Positions 39,616 through 48,992 of a stretch of DNA of 64,000 nucleotides are shown piece after piece. A program made the position numbers and the translations under genes. Position 1 is the stretch's first letter; every line of letters starts with the position of its first letter. The stretch is from Bryobacteraceae bacterium (GTDB lineage: Bacteria > Acidobacteriota > Terriglobia > Bryobacterales > Bryobacteraceae): the NCBI GenBank assembly GCA_050008575.1, contig JBEKMJ010000029.1, positions 16,872 to 80,871 of the forward strand, given 5' to 3'. The notes below the pieces were generated by a model. That model ran no database searches, was not told the DNA's origin, and saw only the letters and a list, made by a program, of their open reading frames with translations.

Positions 39616-40064
39616 CATGGTGGCGCGGCCGTTCCTGGCGTTTCTGGCTGACGGTTTTATCGCCGCTCCTGGTTATGGGGGCGTGCGGATTGTTCTTCGC
39701 GCGCTCCCGCCAGATGGGGGCCGAGGCCGAGCGCGCGGCGGCGCTATTTCATAAACAGCTCGCAGCGGGGCAATACGACGCCATCTACGACGCGGCCGGC
39801 GTGGATTTCAGAACTGCGGTCAACCGTTGGGATGCGGGCAGACTGCTGGCCACCGTTCACATCAAAATGGGGGAGTGCCAGACGCCGGCGGGGTCGCTGG
39901 GCTACTTCACCAACATGAATACTTCGGGCACCAGGGTGCAGCTTCGTTACCGTTTGGCGTGCGCTAACGGCGCGCTGGACGAGACGCTGGCTTATGCGCC
40001 GGATGCCGGCGGGCTGCGCCTGGTGGGTTACGATTTCCGCAGCCCGACGCTGATCTTGAAGTAG
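39573..40064 (+). CDS. Hypothetical single-pass membrane protein
   Basis: 'MEPLMEPHMEPLMEAWW' is followed by the TM segment 'FWLTVLSPLLVMGACGLFF' and a ~110-aa soluble domain. Which ATG is used is unknown. Confidence 0.6.
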   Translation: MEPLMEPHMEPLMEAWWRGRSWRFWLTVLSPLLVMGACGLFFARSRQMGAEAERAAALFHKQLAAGQYDAIYDAAGVDFRTAVNRWDAGRLLATVHIKMGECQTPAGSLGYFTNMNTSGTRVQLRYRLACANGALDETLAYAPDAGGLRLVGYDFRSPTLILK

Positions 40065-40084
40065 GTGCGCGTAAGACGGGCTAA

Positions 40085-40705
40085 GTGGAGACGCATCGCC
40101 GCTATATTATTCCGGCATTGGCATTCCTGCTGACCGGGTGTGCCGCTCGGCACGCGCGCGGGCCGGCGGCCGCGGTCCCTCCGATGAGCCACGGCTACAT
40201 CGACCTGGAGCCGGGATGGCGGCTGCGCGTAGTAACTCCCTTACTCAAATCCGGCGGCTACCGGCTTACGTTCAGCGACGAAACGACCAGCGGCAACACC
40301 ATCACCCTAACGGCGGGAGACGACTTTCTCGGGTACGAGGTGGCCTACTATGGTGTAAAGCCGCGCCATGGATTGGATCTCTTGTCGGCGGAAACCACCA
40401 GAGACGGCCATAGCACTCCGCAGCCAGAGCCAGTGGCGCACTTGTTTCGGTTGCCGCGCGGCGTCCGGCACGTGCGGCTGATCTACCTGGTGCGCGCGAG
40501 CCCGGCGGATCACGACATGGCGGTCGCGGCGGCCAATGACATGGAGGCTTTGGAAACGCTGACCCGGCGCGTGCTGGCGAACCCTATGGACGATTGTCAC
40601 GCCGGAGACGGTGCGTTTTGCGCTTGGATTCCGGCTGGAATAGCGGTGGTACCGCAGGTTCGACGGACGATTAACGGCGCCGAGGAGTGGGTTCCGGCGC
40701 GATAG
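40085..40705 (+). CDS. Hypothetical lipoprotein
   Basis: GTG start; 'IIPALAFLLTGCAAR' is a lipobox. No family recognised. Confidence 0.6.
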   Translation: METHRRYIIPALAFLLTGCAARHARGPAAAVPPMSHGYIDLEPGWRLRVVTPLLKSGGYRLTFSDETTSGNTITLTAGDDFLGYEVAYYGVKPRHGLDLLSAETTRDGHSTPQPEPVAHLFRLPRGVRHVRLIYLVRASPADHDMAVAAANDMEALETLTRRVLANPMDDCHAGDGAFCAWIPAGIAVVPQVRRTINGAEEWVPAR

Positions 40706-40753
40706 CGCGGCGGCCGGCCGAAGTCCAGTGGCTAGCTTCGCTCGCGGAAGAGC

Positions 40754-40792
40754 GGGCCTGCGAGGCCCGCGCAGGCTGCGAGCCTGCCCCAC
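40754..40792. terminator. Twin GC hairpins with identical TGCGA loops ending in CCCCAC, between convergent genes
   Basis: GGGCC-TGCGA-GGCCC (40754-40768) and GCAGGC-TGCGA-GCCTGC (40771-40787), then 'cccac'. Confidence 0.5.
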
Positions 40793-40799
40793 GAGGCGG

Positions 40800-42035
40800 T
40801 TATAGCGCCAGGCGCGCCACCGTTTCCAGATGATAGGTCTGCGGAAATAGATCTACGAGCGTCAGAAGCTCGATCCGGTATCCCGCGCCCATTAGTCCCG
40901 CCAAGTCGCGCGCCAGCGTGGCCGGGTCGCAGGAGACCAGCACTACTTGCGGCGGGCGCAGTTGGGCAAGCCGCTCGACCATGCGCTTGCCGATGCCGGC
41001 CCGCGGCGGGTCCAGCAACACGAAGTCCGGCGCGGTGTCCAACTGTTCCAGCCAAGCTTCCGCATCCGTCTGTTCCACGCGCAACGGGAGGCCGGCCCGC
41101 TCCGCGTTGAACCGCAAATCGCCTGCTGCCCGCGCACCCGATTCCACCGCGGTCACCGAAGCGAACCGCTGCGCCAGTGCCAGCGAAAACAGTCCCACGC
41201 CGGCGTAGAGATCGAGGGCAGTCTGTCCTTCCGCGCCGTCCAGCGCGGTCTCCACCAGCTTGCCGATCAGGAACCGGTTCACCTGGAAGAACGAGCCGCG
41301 GCTCACCCGCCAGGTGTGTCCGGCGGCCCGATAGTCGAGCGCGCCCGCAACCAGGCCAGGGATGCGTTCCGCGCACCAGTCGAAGAAGCGCCGGGCTACG
41401 GGGCGCTCCGCCTCCGGAACATGAAGCTGCATTTCCGTTTCATTGGTGAACAGCTCGATCTGCGGCACGAATCGCGGCCAGCGCGGATCGCCCAGCATTT
41501 CGCGCAGAGTGGCCATGGCCCCCTCGATCGCGGGCGAGGCGATGGGGCACCGCTCGATTGCGCACAATTTGTGCGATTGCGCTGCGCGGTAGCCTAACCT
41601 CCCGTTCGCGATATGCAATTGCACGCGATTGCGATAGCCCCATGGCTCGCCCGCCACCACGCGGATCTCCGCGGCGCCGGGCGGCGCGATCTTCCCGATG
41701 CGGCGCAACTGGTCTTCCAGAATCGCGCGCTTCAGCGCCAGCTGCATCTCGTATGGCGCATGTTGATAGTGGCAACCGCCGCAGCGCATGAAATAAGGGC
41801 ACGGCGGCGTCACCCGCTCCGGCGCGGCGCCCAGCACCTCCAGCAATCCGGCCCGCACCAGACCGGGCTTCTCGCCCGCCGCACGCAAGCGCACGCGCTC
41901 GCCGGGCAGCACGAAGGGCGCCAGCACCGCGCGGCCATCCAACCGGCCCAGCCCCTCGCCGCCGTATACCAGCTTCTCCACCGTGATCTCGAAATCGCTT
42001 AGGATAAAATTTACTCCTTCGAACTCACCTACCAT
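40800..42035 (-). CDS. 23S rRNA (uracil-C5)-methyltransferase, RlmD/RumA family (TRAM + Fe-S + SAM MTase)
   Basis: 'VEKLVYGGEGLGRLDGRAVLAPFVLPGERV' (TRAM), 'CPYFMRCGGCHYQH' (Fe-S Cys cluster), 'LDLYAGVGLFSL' (SAM motif I) and 'VLLDPPRAG'. The start is uncertain: the ATG at 42035 overlaps the trpS ATG. Confidence 0.85.
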   Translation of the reverse strand: MVGEFEGVNFILSDFEITVEKLVYGGEGLGRLDGRAVLAPFVLPGERVRLRAAGEKPGLVRAGLLEVLGAAPERVTPPCPYFMRCGGCHYQHAPYEMQLALKRAILEDQLRRIGKIAPPGAAEIRVVAGEPWGYRNRVQLHIANGRLGYRAAQSHKLCAIERCPIASPAIEGAMATLREMLGDPRWPRFVPQIELFTNETEMQLHVPEAERPVARRFFDWCAERIPGLVAGALDYRAAGHTWRVSRGSFFQVNRFLIGKLVETALDGAEGQTALDLYAGVGLFSLALAQRFASVTAVESGARAAGDLRFNAERAGLPLRVEQTDAEAWLEQLDTAPDFVLLDPPRAGIGKRMVERLAQLRPPQVVLVSCDPATLARDLAGLMGAGYRIELLTLVDLFPQTYHLETVARLAL

Positions 42036-43020
42036 GAGAGCACGAGTCTTCTCCGGCATGCAGCCGTCCGGAAATCTACATATCGGCAACTATCTGGGCG
42101 CGCTGAAGAACTGGGTGCGGGTGCAAACCGAATACGAGTGCATTTTCTGCATCGTAGACCTGCACGCCGTCACCGTCTACCAGGACCCCGCCGAGTTGCG
42201 CGCCAAGATTATCGAGATCGCGGGGCTGTATCTGGCGGCTGGCATCGACCCCCGGCAGTCCAGCATTATGGTGCAATCCGCCGTGCCGGCGCACGCCGAA
42301 CTGGCCTGGATGCTCACCTGCGTCACGCCCGTGGGCTGGCTGGAGCGCATGACGCAATACAAGGCCAAGGCCGCCAAACAGGAATCGGTGAGCGACGGCC
42401 TGTTGCAATACCCGTGCCTGATGGCCGCCGACATTTTGCTTTACCAGGCCGCCGCGGTGCCTGTGGGCGAGGACCAGGCGCAGCACCTGGAACTGACCCG
42501 CGATATTGCGCAGCGGTTCAATTCGCTCTACGGCGACACGTTCGCTATGCCCGCTACCAGCCTACCCGGGGTGGGCGCGCGCATCATGGGCCTGGACGAC
42601 CCCACCGCCAAGATGAGCAAGTCGGCGGCCGGCGCGAACCATGCCGTGGCGCTGCTCGATCCGCCTGACCGTATCCGCAAGATCGTGATGCGCGCCACTA
42701 CCGATTCCAATCCGGCCGTGGATTTTGAGAATTTAGGCGACGGCGTGGCCAACCTGCTGAACATTTTTCAAGCCTTCGCCGGCTGGACCGATGACCGGAT
42801 GCGCGCGCACTTCAGCGGCATGCGCTACGGGGAGTTGAAGAAGCAGGTGGCCGAGATGACCGTTTCGCAACTGGAGCCCTTCCAGCAGCGGTATCGGGAG
42901 ACGATGTCCGACCCGGCTTACATTCCCGGTATCCTGCGCGACGGCGCGGAGCGCGTCGGCCCCATTGCCAATTCCACGGTGGATCTGGTGAAAAGACGCA
43001 TGGGCCTGTACGCGGAATAG
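42034..43020 (+). CDS. trpS: Tryptophanyl-tRNA synthetase
   Basis: 'RVFSGMQPSGNLHIGNYLGALKNW' (HIGH-type) and 'KMSKS' ('AKMSKSAAG'). Confidence 0.93.
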   Translation: MRARVFSGMQPSGNLHIGNYLGALKNWVRVQTEYECIFCIVDLHAVTVYQDPAELRAKIIEIAGLYLAAGIDPRQSSIMVQSAVPAHAELAWMLTCVTPVGWLERMTQYKAKAAKQESVSDGLLQYPCLMAADILLYQAAAVPVGEDQAQHLELTRDIAQRFNSLYGDTFAMPATSLPGVGARIMGLDDPTAKMSKSAAGANHAVALLDPPDRIRKIVMRATTDSNPAVDFENLGDGVANLLNIFQAFAGWTDDRMRAHFSGMRYGELKKQVAEMTVSQLEPFQQRYRETMSDPAYIPGILRDGAERVGPIANSTVDLVKRRMGLYAE

Positions 43021-43042
43021 TGGGGCAGGGCCATGCCCTGCC
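43020..43042. terminator. GTGGGG-prefixed 8-bp hairpin (GGCAGGGC-CAT-GCCCTGCC) abutting the trpS stop
   Basis: Read directly. It has the same 5' motif as the elements at 23111 and 46227. Confidence 0.55.
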
Positions 43043-43069
43043 GCGCTAAACTATAGAATTACCAACCTC

Positions 43070-44011
43070 ATGAAATATTTCCCGTTTTTCCTGCTAACAG
43101 CCCCCGTGTGGGCGCAGTCCGCCACGCCGCCCGCCGCAGCCCCAGCGCCCTCCAAACCGAAAGTGACGATCGACATCGGCAAGATGCTCGCCGCCAGCGT
43201 AACGCCGGATACGGTAGTCGCCACTTTCGACGACGGCCGGAAACTCACCGCCGGCGAGTTGAACAGCTTTCTGGAAGCCATGCCTCCGAACATGCAACAG
43301 GCCGCGCGGCGCGACCGCAGGGCTTTCGTGCAGCAGTTCGCCCTGATGCATCGGCTGTCGGAAATGGCCGAAAAAGCCAAGCTCGACCAGCAAAGTCCCA
43401 CCCGCGAAGCGCTCGCCTTCAATCGCATGTATTTGCTGATGAATGCGCAGTTGCACGGAGTGCTGACCACCATCAACGTGCCGCCCGCCGAAGTGGAAAG
43501 CTCTTACAATGCGAACAAAGAACGCTTCAAACAGGTTAGGGTGAAGGCGATTTATGTCACCTTTTCCGCGGACCCATCCGCGGCCGGCGCCGACGGACCG
43601 CAACACCGCACCGAAGCCGAAGCGCAAGCTAAGATCAACGGCCTGCGGGCCGCCATCGTGGCCGGGGCGGATTTCGTCAAGGTGGTGAAAGAGAATTCCG
43701 AAGACACGACCTCGGCCGCCAAAGACGGCGACTTCGGCACCTTGCGCAGCACCGACAACCTTCCGGAAGGCATTCGCACTGCCATCTTCGCGCTGAAAGC
43801 CGGCGAACTAAGCCAGTCCGTGAAGCAGCCCAAGGGCTTCTATCTGTTCCGCGCCGAAGAGATCGCCGCGCAACCGTATGCCGAAGTGCAGGAAACCATC
43901 CTCAACGAGTTGAAGCAGGCGCGCTTCAAGCAGTGGATGGATGAAATCAACGGCAGCTTGAATCTGAAGATTCAGAACGAAGCGTATTTTATCGAGAACG
44001 GCGGTAAGTAG
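43070..44011 (+). CDS. Periplasmic peptidyl-prolyl isomerase (SurA-like N-domain + parvulin domain)
   Basis: Signal 'MKYFPFFLLTAPVWAQ'. The parvulin region is 'VRVKAIYVTF...GDFGTLRSTDNLPEGIRTAIFALKAGELSQSVKQPKGFYLFR'. Confidence 0.85.
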   Translation: MKYFPFFLLTAPVWAQSATPPAAAPAPSKPKVTIDIGKMLAASVTPDTVVATFDDGRKLTAGELNSFLEAMPPNMQQAARRDRRAFVQQFALMHRLSEMAEKAKLDQQSPTREALAFNRMYLLMNAQLHGVLTTINVPPAEVESSYNANKERFKQVRVKAIYVTFSADPSAAGADGPQHRTEAEAQAKINGLRAAIVAGADFVKVVKENSEDTTSAAKDGDFGTLRSTDNLPEGIRTAIFALKAGELSQSVKQPKGFYLFRAEEIAAQPYAEVQETILNELKQARFKQWMDEINGSLNLKIQNEAYFIENGGK

Positions 44012-44043
44012 GGTAGATAAGCTATCGGCTTTCAGTTTCTCCG

Positions 44044-44811
44044 TCACTTCAATTCGAACGCCGCATGTACGGTGTTCGAATATCCGGGTCCTACGACAAT
44101 CCTTTGGGTCAGATTGTAATAGCCGTCGGCGGAGAATACGGCTTTGTACGCGCCGGGCGCCAGCCTGGTGGTGAAAGGCGTCCGTCCGATGGGCGCGCCA
44201 TACATGCTGACCAGCGCGCCCGGAGGATTCGAAGTAAATGCGATATCGGCCAGGAACCTGGCCGGGTCGAGTTTCACTTCACCGTCGATATAGGCAGCCA
44301 CGCCGGTGCCCTCGGGGAACGCCTCGTCTTTGCCAAAAGCGAAGAGCAACGGCGGCGCCTCCGGCTTAGCCATGGCCGCTGCCGCTACCTCGGCGACGGC
44401 TGGGGTGTCCGCGTGTCCTGCCGCGCGACCCTCCTTCGCCGCGCGAATGGCTACTTTGCCGCCGTCCAACAGCGGCAGGCAGTTGAGGCTCACGCCCAGT
44501 TTCCCGCCGCGCCCCATGCGGGTCTTGGGCTCGGCCTGGGTAATGATGGCGGTCGCTCTGACGCCGCGCGCGATTACTAGCAGGCCATCGATTCGCAGGT
44601 CGTCGACAATCTCAAAATCCACTTTGTCGCCGGGTTTGGCGTTAGTGAAAGTGAGATCGCGCGTCAGCCGCAAACGGATTGGGGTGGCATCGTGCAAAGC
44701 CAGCGCCACGGGAACCGCGGATTGGTTGGCGGCGCTAATTGGCGCCTGACCGGAAACTGCGAAGGATGCGAGCGCTAGCGAAGCGGCGAGTCGGCGTGCG
44801 GGCTGGGCCAT
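44044..44811 (-). CDS. Secreted PEGA-domain protein
   Basis: Signal 'MAQPARRLAASLALASFAVSGQ'. C-terminal 'IAFTSNPPGALVSMYGAPIGRTPFTTRLAPGAYKAVFSADGY' is the PEGA pattern. The longer ORF start is rejected. Confidence 0.7.
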   Translation of the reverse strand: MAQPARRLAASLALASFAVSGQAPISAANQSAVPVALALHDATPIRLRLTRDLTFTNAKPGDKVDFEIVDDLRIDGLLVIARGVRATAIITQAEPKTRMGRGGKLGVSLNCLPLLDGGKVAIRAAKEGRAAGHADTPAVAEVAAAAMAKPEAPPLLFAFGKDEAFPEGTGVAAYIDGEVKLDPARFLADIAFTSNPPGALVSMYGAPIGRTPFTTRLAPGAYKAVFSADGYYNLTQRIVVGPGYSNTVHAAFELK

Positions 44812-45005
44812 TCCATCATTCTGGGCCGAATATGGCTGGCCGGCAACGTTAACGATAGATAATGGCGCGAGGGCGCCACTCCAAAACGTCCCCTCCAGTA
44901 CCACGGCCAGCGCCGGCCATTGACCGCGGGCCGGATTGGGCGGAGAATCGTGGAAGCGGCGTCCGCCCGCCATGGCGGTTGCGGGCGCTAAGGAGGGTAT
45001 GGATT

Positions 45006-46217
45006 ATGACGCGTAAGATGCAGCCACGACGGAATCGGATTTCAGGCACGGTAGCGGCTGCTGCCCCGCTGATCGCGCTGGCGGTGCTGGCAACTCCAAC
45101 CGCGCCCGCGCAAACCTACAACGTGCTTTACGCATTCCCCTCTTTTTCCAGCGGCGCGCAGCCCTTGGGCAACCCGCTCATCGCAGGGCACAGCCTCTAC
45201 GGAACCACCGACATCGGCGGAGTGGGACAGGGTCCCTATGGGTTAGGCACCATCTTCCGGCTCGATTTGCAGACTGGCCAGGAGACTCTGCTGCACAGTT
45301 TCGCCGGTTACCCTTCGGATGGGGAATTTCCGTACGCCGGGGTGATCTCGGACCCGGCCGGCAACCTCTACGGGACCACCTACTACGGCGGGCTGCAGAA
45401 TTACGGAACGGTGTTTATGTTGAGCGCGGCGGGAACGGAAACACTGTTGCACAGCTTCAGCGGGCCGGACGGAGCCGACCCGGATGGCGGCCTGGTGCGC
45501 GACGCGGCGGGAAACCTTTACGGGACGACCATCGGGGGCGGCATCGCCAACGCCACTTGCCGCACTAACATTGGCACCGATTCCTGCGGAACGGTGTTCA
45601 AGCTGGACAGCGCCGGCAACCTGACCACGCTGCACCGCTTCGCGGGATCGCCCGACGGCGCGAATCCCGTAGGGAGCTTGTTTCTGGAAGCCGGCAGCCT
45701 TTATGGCACGACTTCGCTGGGCGGATCGTTCAATCAGGGGGCAGTGTTTACGATCGACAACCAGACGGGTGCGGAGACGGTGTTGTACGATTTCACCGGG
45801 GCGGCGGATGGCAAGAGTCCCTTGACCGGCGTGATCGGAGATGGACAGGGCACCCTTTATGGGACCACCAGTACGGGCGGCGGTGGCAACGGCGTCGTCT
45901 TCAAGCTGCCCACCGCGGGCCGCCTGGAAACGGTTCTGTATCTTTTCAGCGGGATTGATGGAGCTAATCCGTCGGCGCTGACCATTGGAGCACAGGGCGA
46001 ACTGTACGGGACGACGTACAATGGCGCGCTGGGATACGGGACGGTGTTTAAGTTGAATTCAAAATCGGGGGCCCTCACCACGATTCACCGCTTCCGCAGC
46101 GGCGCGGACGGAGCGTACCCAGCGGGCCTGGCGCGAGACTCCGAGGGCGCTCTGTACGGCGCCACCGTCTACGGTGGCCGGTCCACCGACGGGACAATCT
46201 TCCAAGTCACGCCATAA
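45006..46217 (+). CDS. Secreted GloVer-type tandem-repeat protein (choice-of-anchor-like)
   Basis: About 8 repeats of the form 'G.LYGTT..GG....GTVFKL'. Signal 'APLIALAVLATPTAPAQ'. Confidence 0.8.
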   Translation: MTRKMQPRRNRISGTVAAAAPLIALAVLATPTAPAQTYNVLYAFPSFSSGAQPLGNPLIAGHSLYGTTDIGGVGQGPYGLGTIFRLDLQTGQETLLHSFAGYPSDGEFPYAGVISDPAGNLYGTTYYGGLQNYGTVFMLSAAGTETLLHSFSGPDGADPDGGLVRDAAGNLYGTTIGGGIANATCRTNIGTDSCGTVFKLDSAGNLTTLHRFAGSPDGANPVGSLFLEAGSLYGTTSLGGSFNQGAVFTIDNQTGAETVLYDFTGAADGKSPLTGVIGDGQGTLYGTTSTGGGGNGVVFKLPTAGRLETVLYLFSGIDGANPSALTIGAQGELYGTTYNGALGYGTVFKLNSKSGALTTIHRFRSGADGAYPAGLARDSEGALYGATVYGGRSTDGTIFQVTP

Positions 46218-46226
46218 CGGCTTGGA

Positions 46227-46357
46227 GTGGGGCGGCGCCATGCGCCGCCGCGGGGCTTTTAGCCCCGCTTTGGGCGAGTTCCGCTCGCACTCGGCGAGCG
46301 AAGTGGGCTTAAGCCGTCTGAAAGCCGACTCAGGAGCGGCGCATGGCGCCGCCCCAC
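46227..46357. repeat. Compound palindromic element: perfect 22-bp inverted repeat arms (each itself a hairpin) flanking about four inner hairpins
   Basis: GTGGGGCGGCGCCATGCGCCGC (46227-46248) is the exact reverse complement of 46336-46357. Inner stems include GCGGGGCT-TTT-AGCCCCGC (46250-46268) and CGCTCGC/GCGAGCG (46282-46300). Confidence 0.85.
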
Positions 46358-46378
46358 CGGTTTCTTCATTTGTATAAG

Positions 46379-47200
46379 TCATGCCTTGAGCATGGCATTG
46401 ATTTCCCGATAGCTTGCCGCGTCATCCGCGAACGCAAAAGTGCCATGTTCCAGCATCTCCCGCGCTGCCCTTAGGAAAGCGCCCAGCGCGGCGCGAGAGA
46501 GCGCGCTGCCCACGCTGACGCGCCTGACGCCGATCGCCGAAAGTTCAGCCAGGCTCAATTGCGCGCCCTGTAAACCCATCACCACGTTTACCGGGCGGTG
46601 CACGGCGCCCACGATGGCGGCGATATCGTCCTTACCGGTCAGGCCTGGCGCGTAGAGCACATCGGCGCCCGCCATTTGGTAGGCCTGCAAGCGCGCGATC
46701 GTGTCTTCCAGGTCGGGCCGGCCGGCCAGGTAATTTTCGGCCCGCGCGGTCAGTGTGAAAGGAAACGGAAGGGCGCGCACCGCCTCGGCCGCCGCGCGGA
46801 TGCGCTCCACCGCATGCGTCCGCTCATAGATAGGACGCCCCGGCTGCCGCGACATATCTTCGATCGACCCGCCCACGGCGCCCGCGGCAGCCGCCAGCCG
46901 GATGGTTTCCGCCACCGTTTCCGGGTCGTCGGCGTAGCCATTCTCCAGATCGGCGCTGACCGGCAGTTCCGTGGCGGACGCGATCGCGGACACGTGCGCC
47001 AGCATCTCGCCGCGGTCGATCGTGTTGTCCGGCTGCCCGGCGGAGAAGGCATATCCGGCGCTGGTGGTGGCCAGCGCCTCGAAGCCCAGGTGTGCCAGCA
47101 GCCGCGCGGTGCCGCAGTTCCACGGATTGGGAATGATGAACGCGCCGGCACGCATATGCAGCGCGCGAAAGGCCTGCCCCTTTTCAGCCTGCGTCAACAC
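46379..47200 (-). CDS. Isocitrate lyase/PEP mutase-family enzyme (2-methylisocitrate lyase-like)
   Basis: '[33 protein letters not shown]' and 'VGGSIEDM' are family motifs. Confidence 0.88.
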   Translation of the reverse strand: MLTQAEKGQAFRALHMRAGAFIIPNPWNCGTARLLAHLGFEALATTSAGYAFSAGQPDNTIDRGEMLAHVSAIASATELPVSADLENGYADDPETVAETIRLAAAAGAVGGSIEDMSRQPGRPIYERTHAVERIRAAAEAVRALPFPFTLTARAENYLAGRPDLEDTIARLQAYQMAGADVLYAPGLTGKDDIAAIVGAVHRPVNVVMGLQGAQLSLAELSAIGVRRVSVGSALSRAALGAFLRAAREMLEHGTFAFADDAASYREINAMLKA

Positions 47201-47547
47201 GGCGCTAACGGTCCCCGGAGCGTCGAGGGCCGTCCGAACGTGCCATCCACGGCTTCAACGAAGTTCCTCTCTTCGCGCAGGATCAGGCGCTGGGTCTGTG
47301 CCATGCTGAAATTCTCGCGCGCTTCCGGGTCCGACCGCAAGCGGGCCCGGTAGGCCTCGTAGGCGGCCAGACTGTCGAAAGCAATCAGGCCCCAGGCCAC
47401 GTCGTTAGTGCCTTCATGCGGAAGAAAATATCCGACCAGGTGGCCGCCGCAGCGTGGAATGATGCGGCCCCAATTCTCCGCGTACTTTTTGAATCCTTCC
47501 CGCTGGAACGGGTCGATCTGGTAGCGGATCACGCAGGTGATGGTCAT
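47194..47547 (-). CDS. NIPSNAP-family protein
   Basis: '[60 protein letters not shown]' fits the NIPSNAP pattern. It overlaps the downstream gene start by 7 nt. Confidence 0.8.
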   Translation of the reverse strand: MTITCVIRYQIDPFQREGFKKYAENWGRIIPRCGGHLVGYFLPHEGTNDVAWGLIAFDSLAAYEAYRARLRSDPEARENFSMAQTQRLILREERNFVEAVDGTFGRPSTLRGPLAPC

Positions 47548-47608
47548 GGCGAGTCTCCAGGTCAGTATGGCCGTTTCCGAACAAGGATACTTCGTTTATC
47601 ATGAAACT

Positions 47609-48310
47609 ATGGATGTCGAAGAGCATATGGACCTGGCAGTCTCCAGAATTGCGGCGGCCATCGGCGAGCCGGCCCGGGCGCGCATGCTTTATAACCTATT
47701 GGATGGCCATGCGCGCACCAGCACCGAGTTGGCGATGGTGGCGGAGGTGAGTCCGTCGACCGCCAGCGTGCACCTGCATCGGCTGATGACGGAGCGCCTG
47801 GTAAAAGTGCACGTACAGGGCAAACACCGCTATTACAGCCTGGAGGGGCCGAACGTGTCCGGTGCGCTGGAAGGGCTCAGCGTGCTCGCGGGCGGATCGC
47901 GCGGCCAGTTCGTGCCCAACACGCCCAGCCGGCTGCGCGCCGCGCGCACTTGCTACGACCACATGGCGGGCACGCTGGGCGTGGCCCTGCACGATCGCTT
48001 TCGGGCGCTGGGCTGGCTATCGGCCGATTACGAGTTGAGCCTGGATGGGTTGAAGGGGCTCGCGGCGCTGGGCATCGACGTGGAGCGAACGCGCGCGCTG
48101 CGCCGCCGGTTCGCGTACGCCTGCCTGGATTGGAGCGAGCGGCGGCCGCATGTCGGCGGAGCGCTTGGGGCGGCACTTCTGAACGTCGCGCTGAAGAGGA
48201 AATGGGTGGTGCAGGATCTCGACAGCAGGGCTTTAGGCGTCACCAGTCTGGGGCGGCGCGAAATGCTGGCGCGGTTCGGCCTGCGGGCTCCAGAGGGCCG
48301 GCCGGATTGA
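47609..48310 (+). CDS. ArsR-type winged-helix regulator with a C-terminal extension
   Basis: 'IAAAIGEPARARMLYNLLDGHARTSTELAMVAEVSPSTASVHLHRLMTERLVKV'. It is divergent from the NIPSNAP/ICL-like operon. Confidence 0.8.
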   Translation: MDVEEHMDLAVSRIAAAIGEPARARMLYNLLDGHARTSTELAMVAEVSPSTASVHLHRLMTERLVKVHVQGKHRYYSLEGPNVSGALEGLSVLAGGSRGQFVPNTPSRLRAARTCYDHMAGTLGVALHDRFRALGWLSADYELSLDGLKGLAALGIDVERTRALRRRFAYACLDWSERRPHVGGALGAALLNVALKRKWVVQDLDSRALGVTSLGRREMLARFGLRAPEGRPD

Positions 48311-48335
48311 GCGGGATTCACTGGTTTCAGGGTAC

Positions 48336-48526
48336 AGCCTAGCCACCATCACAGGCTGAAGCCTATGCCACCATCACAGGCTCTCCAGAAATCTTCTCGC
48401 CGAACTGTCGATTTGCGAGGCGCGGGGCTGAAGCCCCGCGCGGGATAAATCCCGCCCCCCAACTTGGGTTTCTGCCCCTGGTGACGGCCCCGGCCGTCCA
48501 CGCTGAAGCCTATGCCACCATCACAG
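48336..48526. repeat. Intergenic element: a 25-nt exact direct repeat (48355-48379 and 48502-48526) plus an abutting variant copy, flanking GC hairpins
   Basis: 'gctgaagcctatgccaccatcacag' occurs twice. A variant 'agcctagccaccatcacag' is at 48336-48354. A 9-bp stem GCGCGGGGC-TGAA-GCCCCGCGC is at 48420-48441. GCTGAAGCC occurs three times. Confidence 0.85.
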
Positions 48527-48536
48527 ACAATACCAA

Positions 48537-48992
48537 ATGGTTATGCCACTAACTGGTTATATGCGGAAGGCGCCGGAACGCCTGGACGCCACGTTCGCGG
48601 CGCTGGCCGATTCCACGCGCCGGGCCATCCTGGCGCGGCTGGCATCCGGCGAGGCGTCGGTGACCGAACTGGCCGAGCCGTTCGCCATGACCCAGCCGGC
48701 CATCTCAAAGCACCTTAAGGTGCTGGAGCGCGCCGGTCTGATTTCGCGCGACCGCGATGCGCAGCGCCGTCCCAGCCGGCTGGAGCCCAAGCCGCTGGCG
48801 GAGGCCACCGCATGGCTGGAGAGCTATCGCCAATTCTGGAACTCCTTCGTGCGCCTGAATGGTTTGCTGGGCGAGTTGAAAACCGCGGGGAAACCAAGGC
48901 CGCGGCCCGCGGGCAGAAAGCACGGAACTGGTCAGGCGCTGGCTGCTTGGTCCGCCCGGCTGGACCATGCCCATTTGCGAAATCGACCTTAA
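48537..48992 (+). CDS. ArsR/SmtB-family regulator (C-terminus probably altered by the adjacent deletion)
   Basis: 'LDATFAALADSTRRAILARLASGEASVTELAEPFAMTQPAISKHLKVLERAGLISRDRDAQRR'. An alternative ATG is at 48561. The tail after 'YRQFWNSFVRLNGLLGELK' looks non-native. Confidence 0.8.
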   Translation: MVMPLTGYMRKAPERLDATFAALADSTRRAILARLASGEASVTELAEPFAMTQPAISKHLKVLERAGLISRDRDAQRRPSRLEPKPLAEATAWLESYRQFWNSFVRLNGLLGELKTAGKPRPRPAGRKHGTGQALAAWSARLDHAHLRNRP

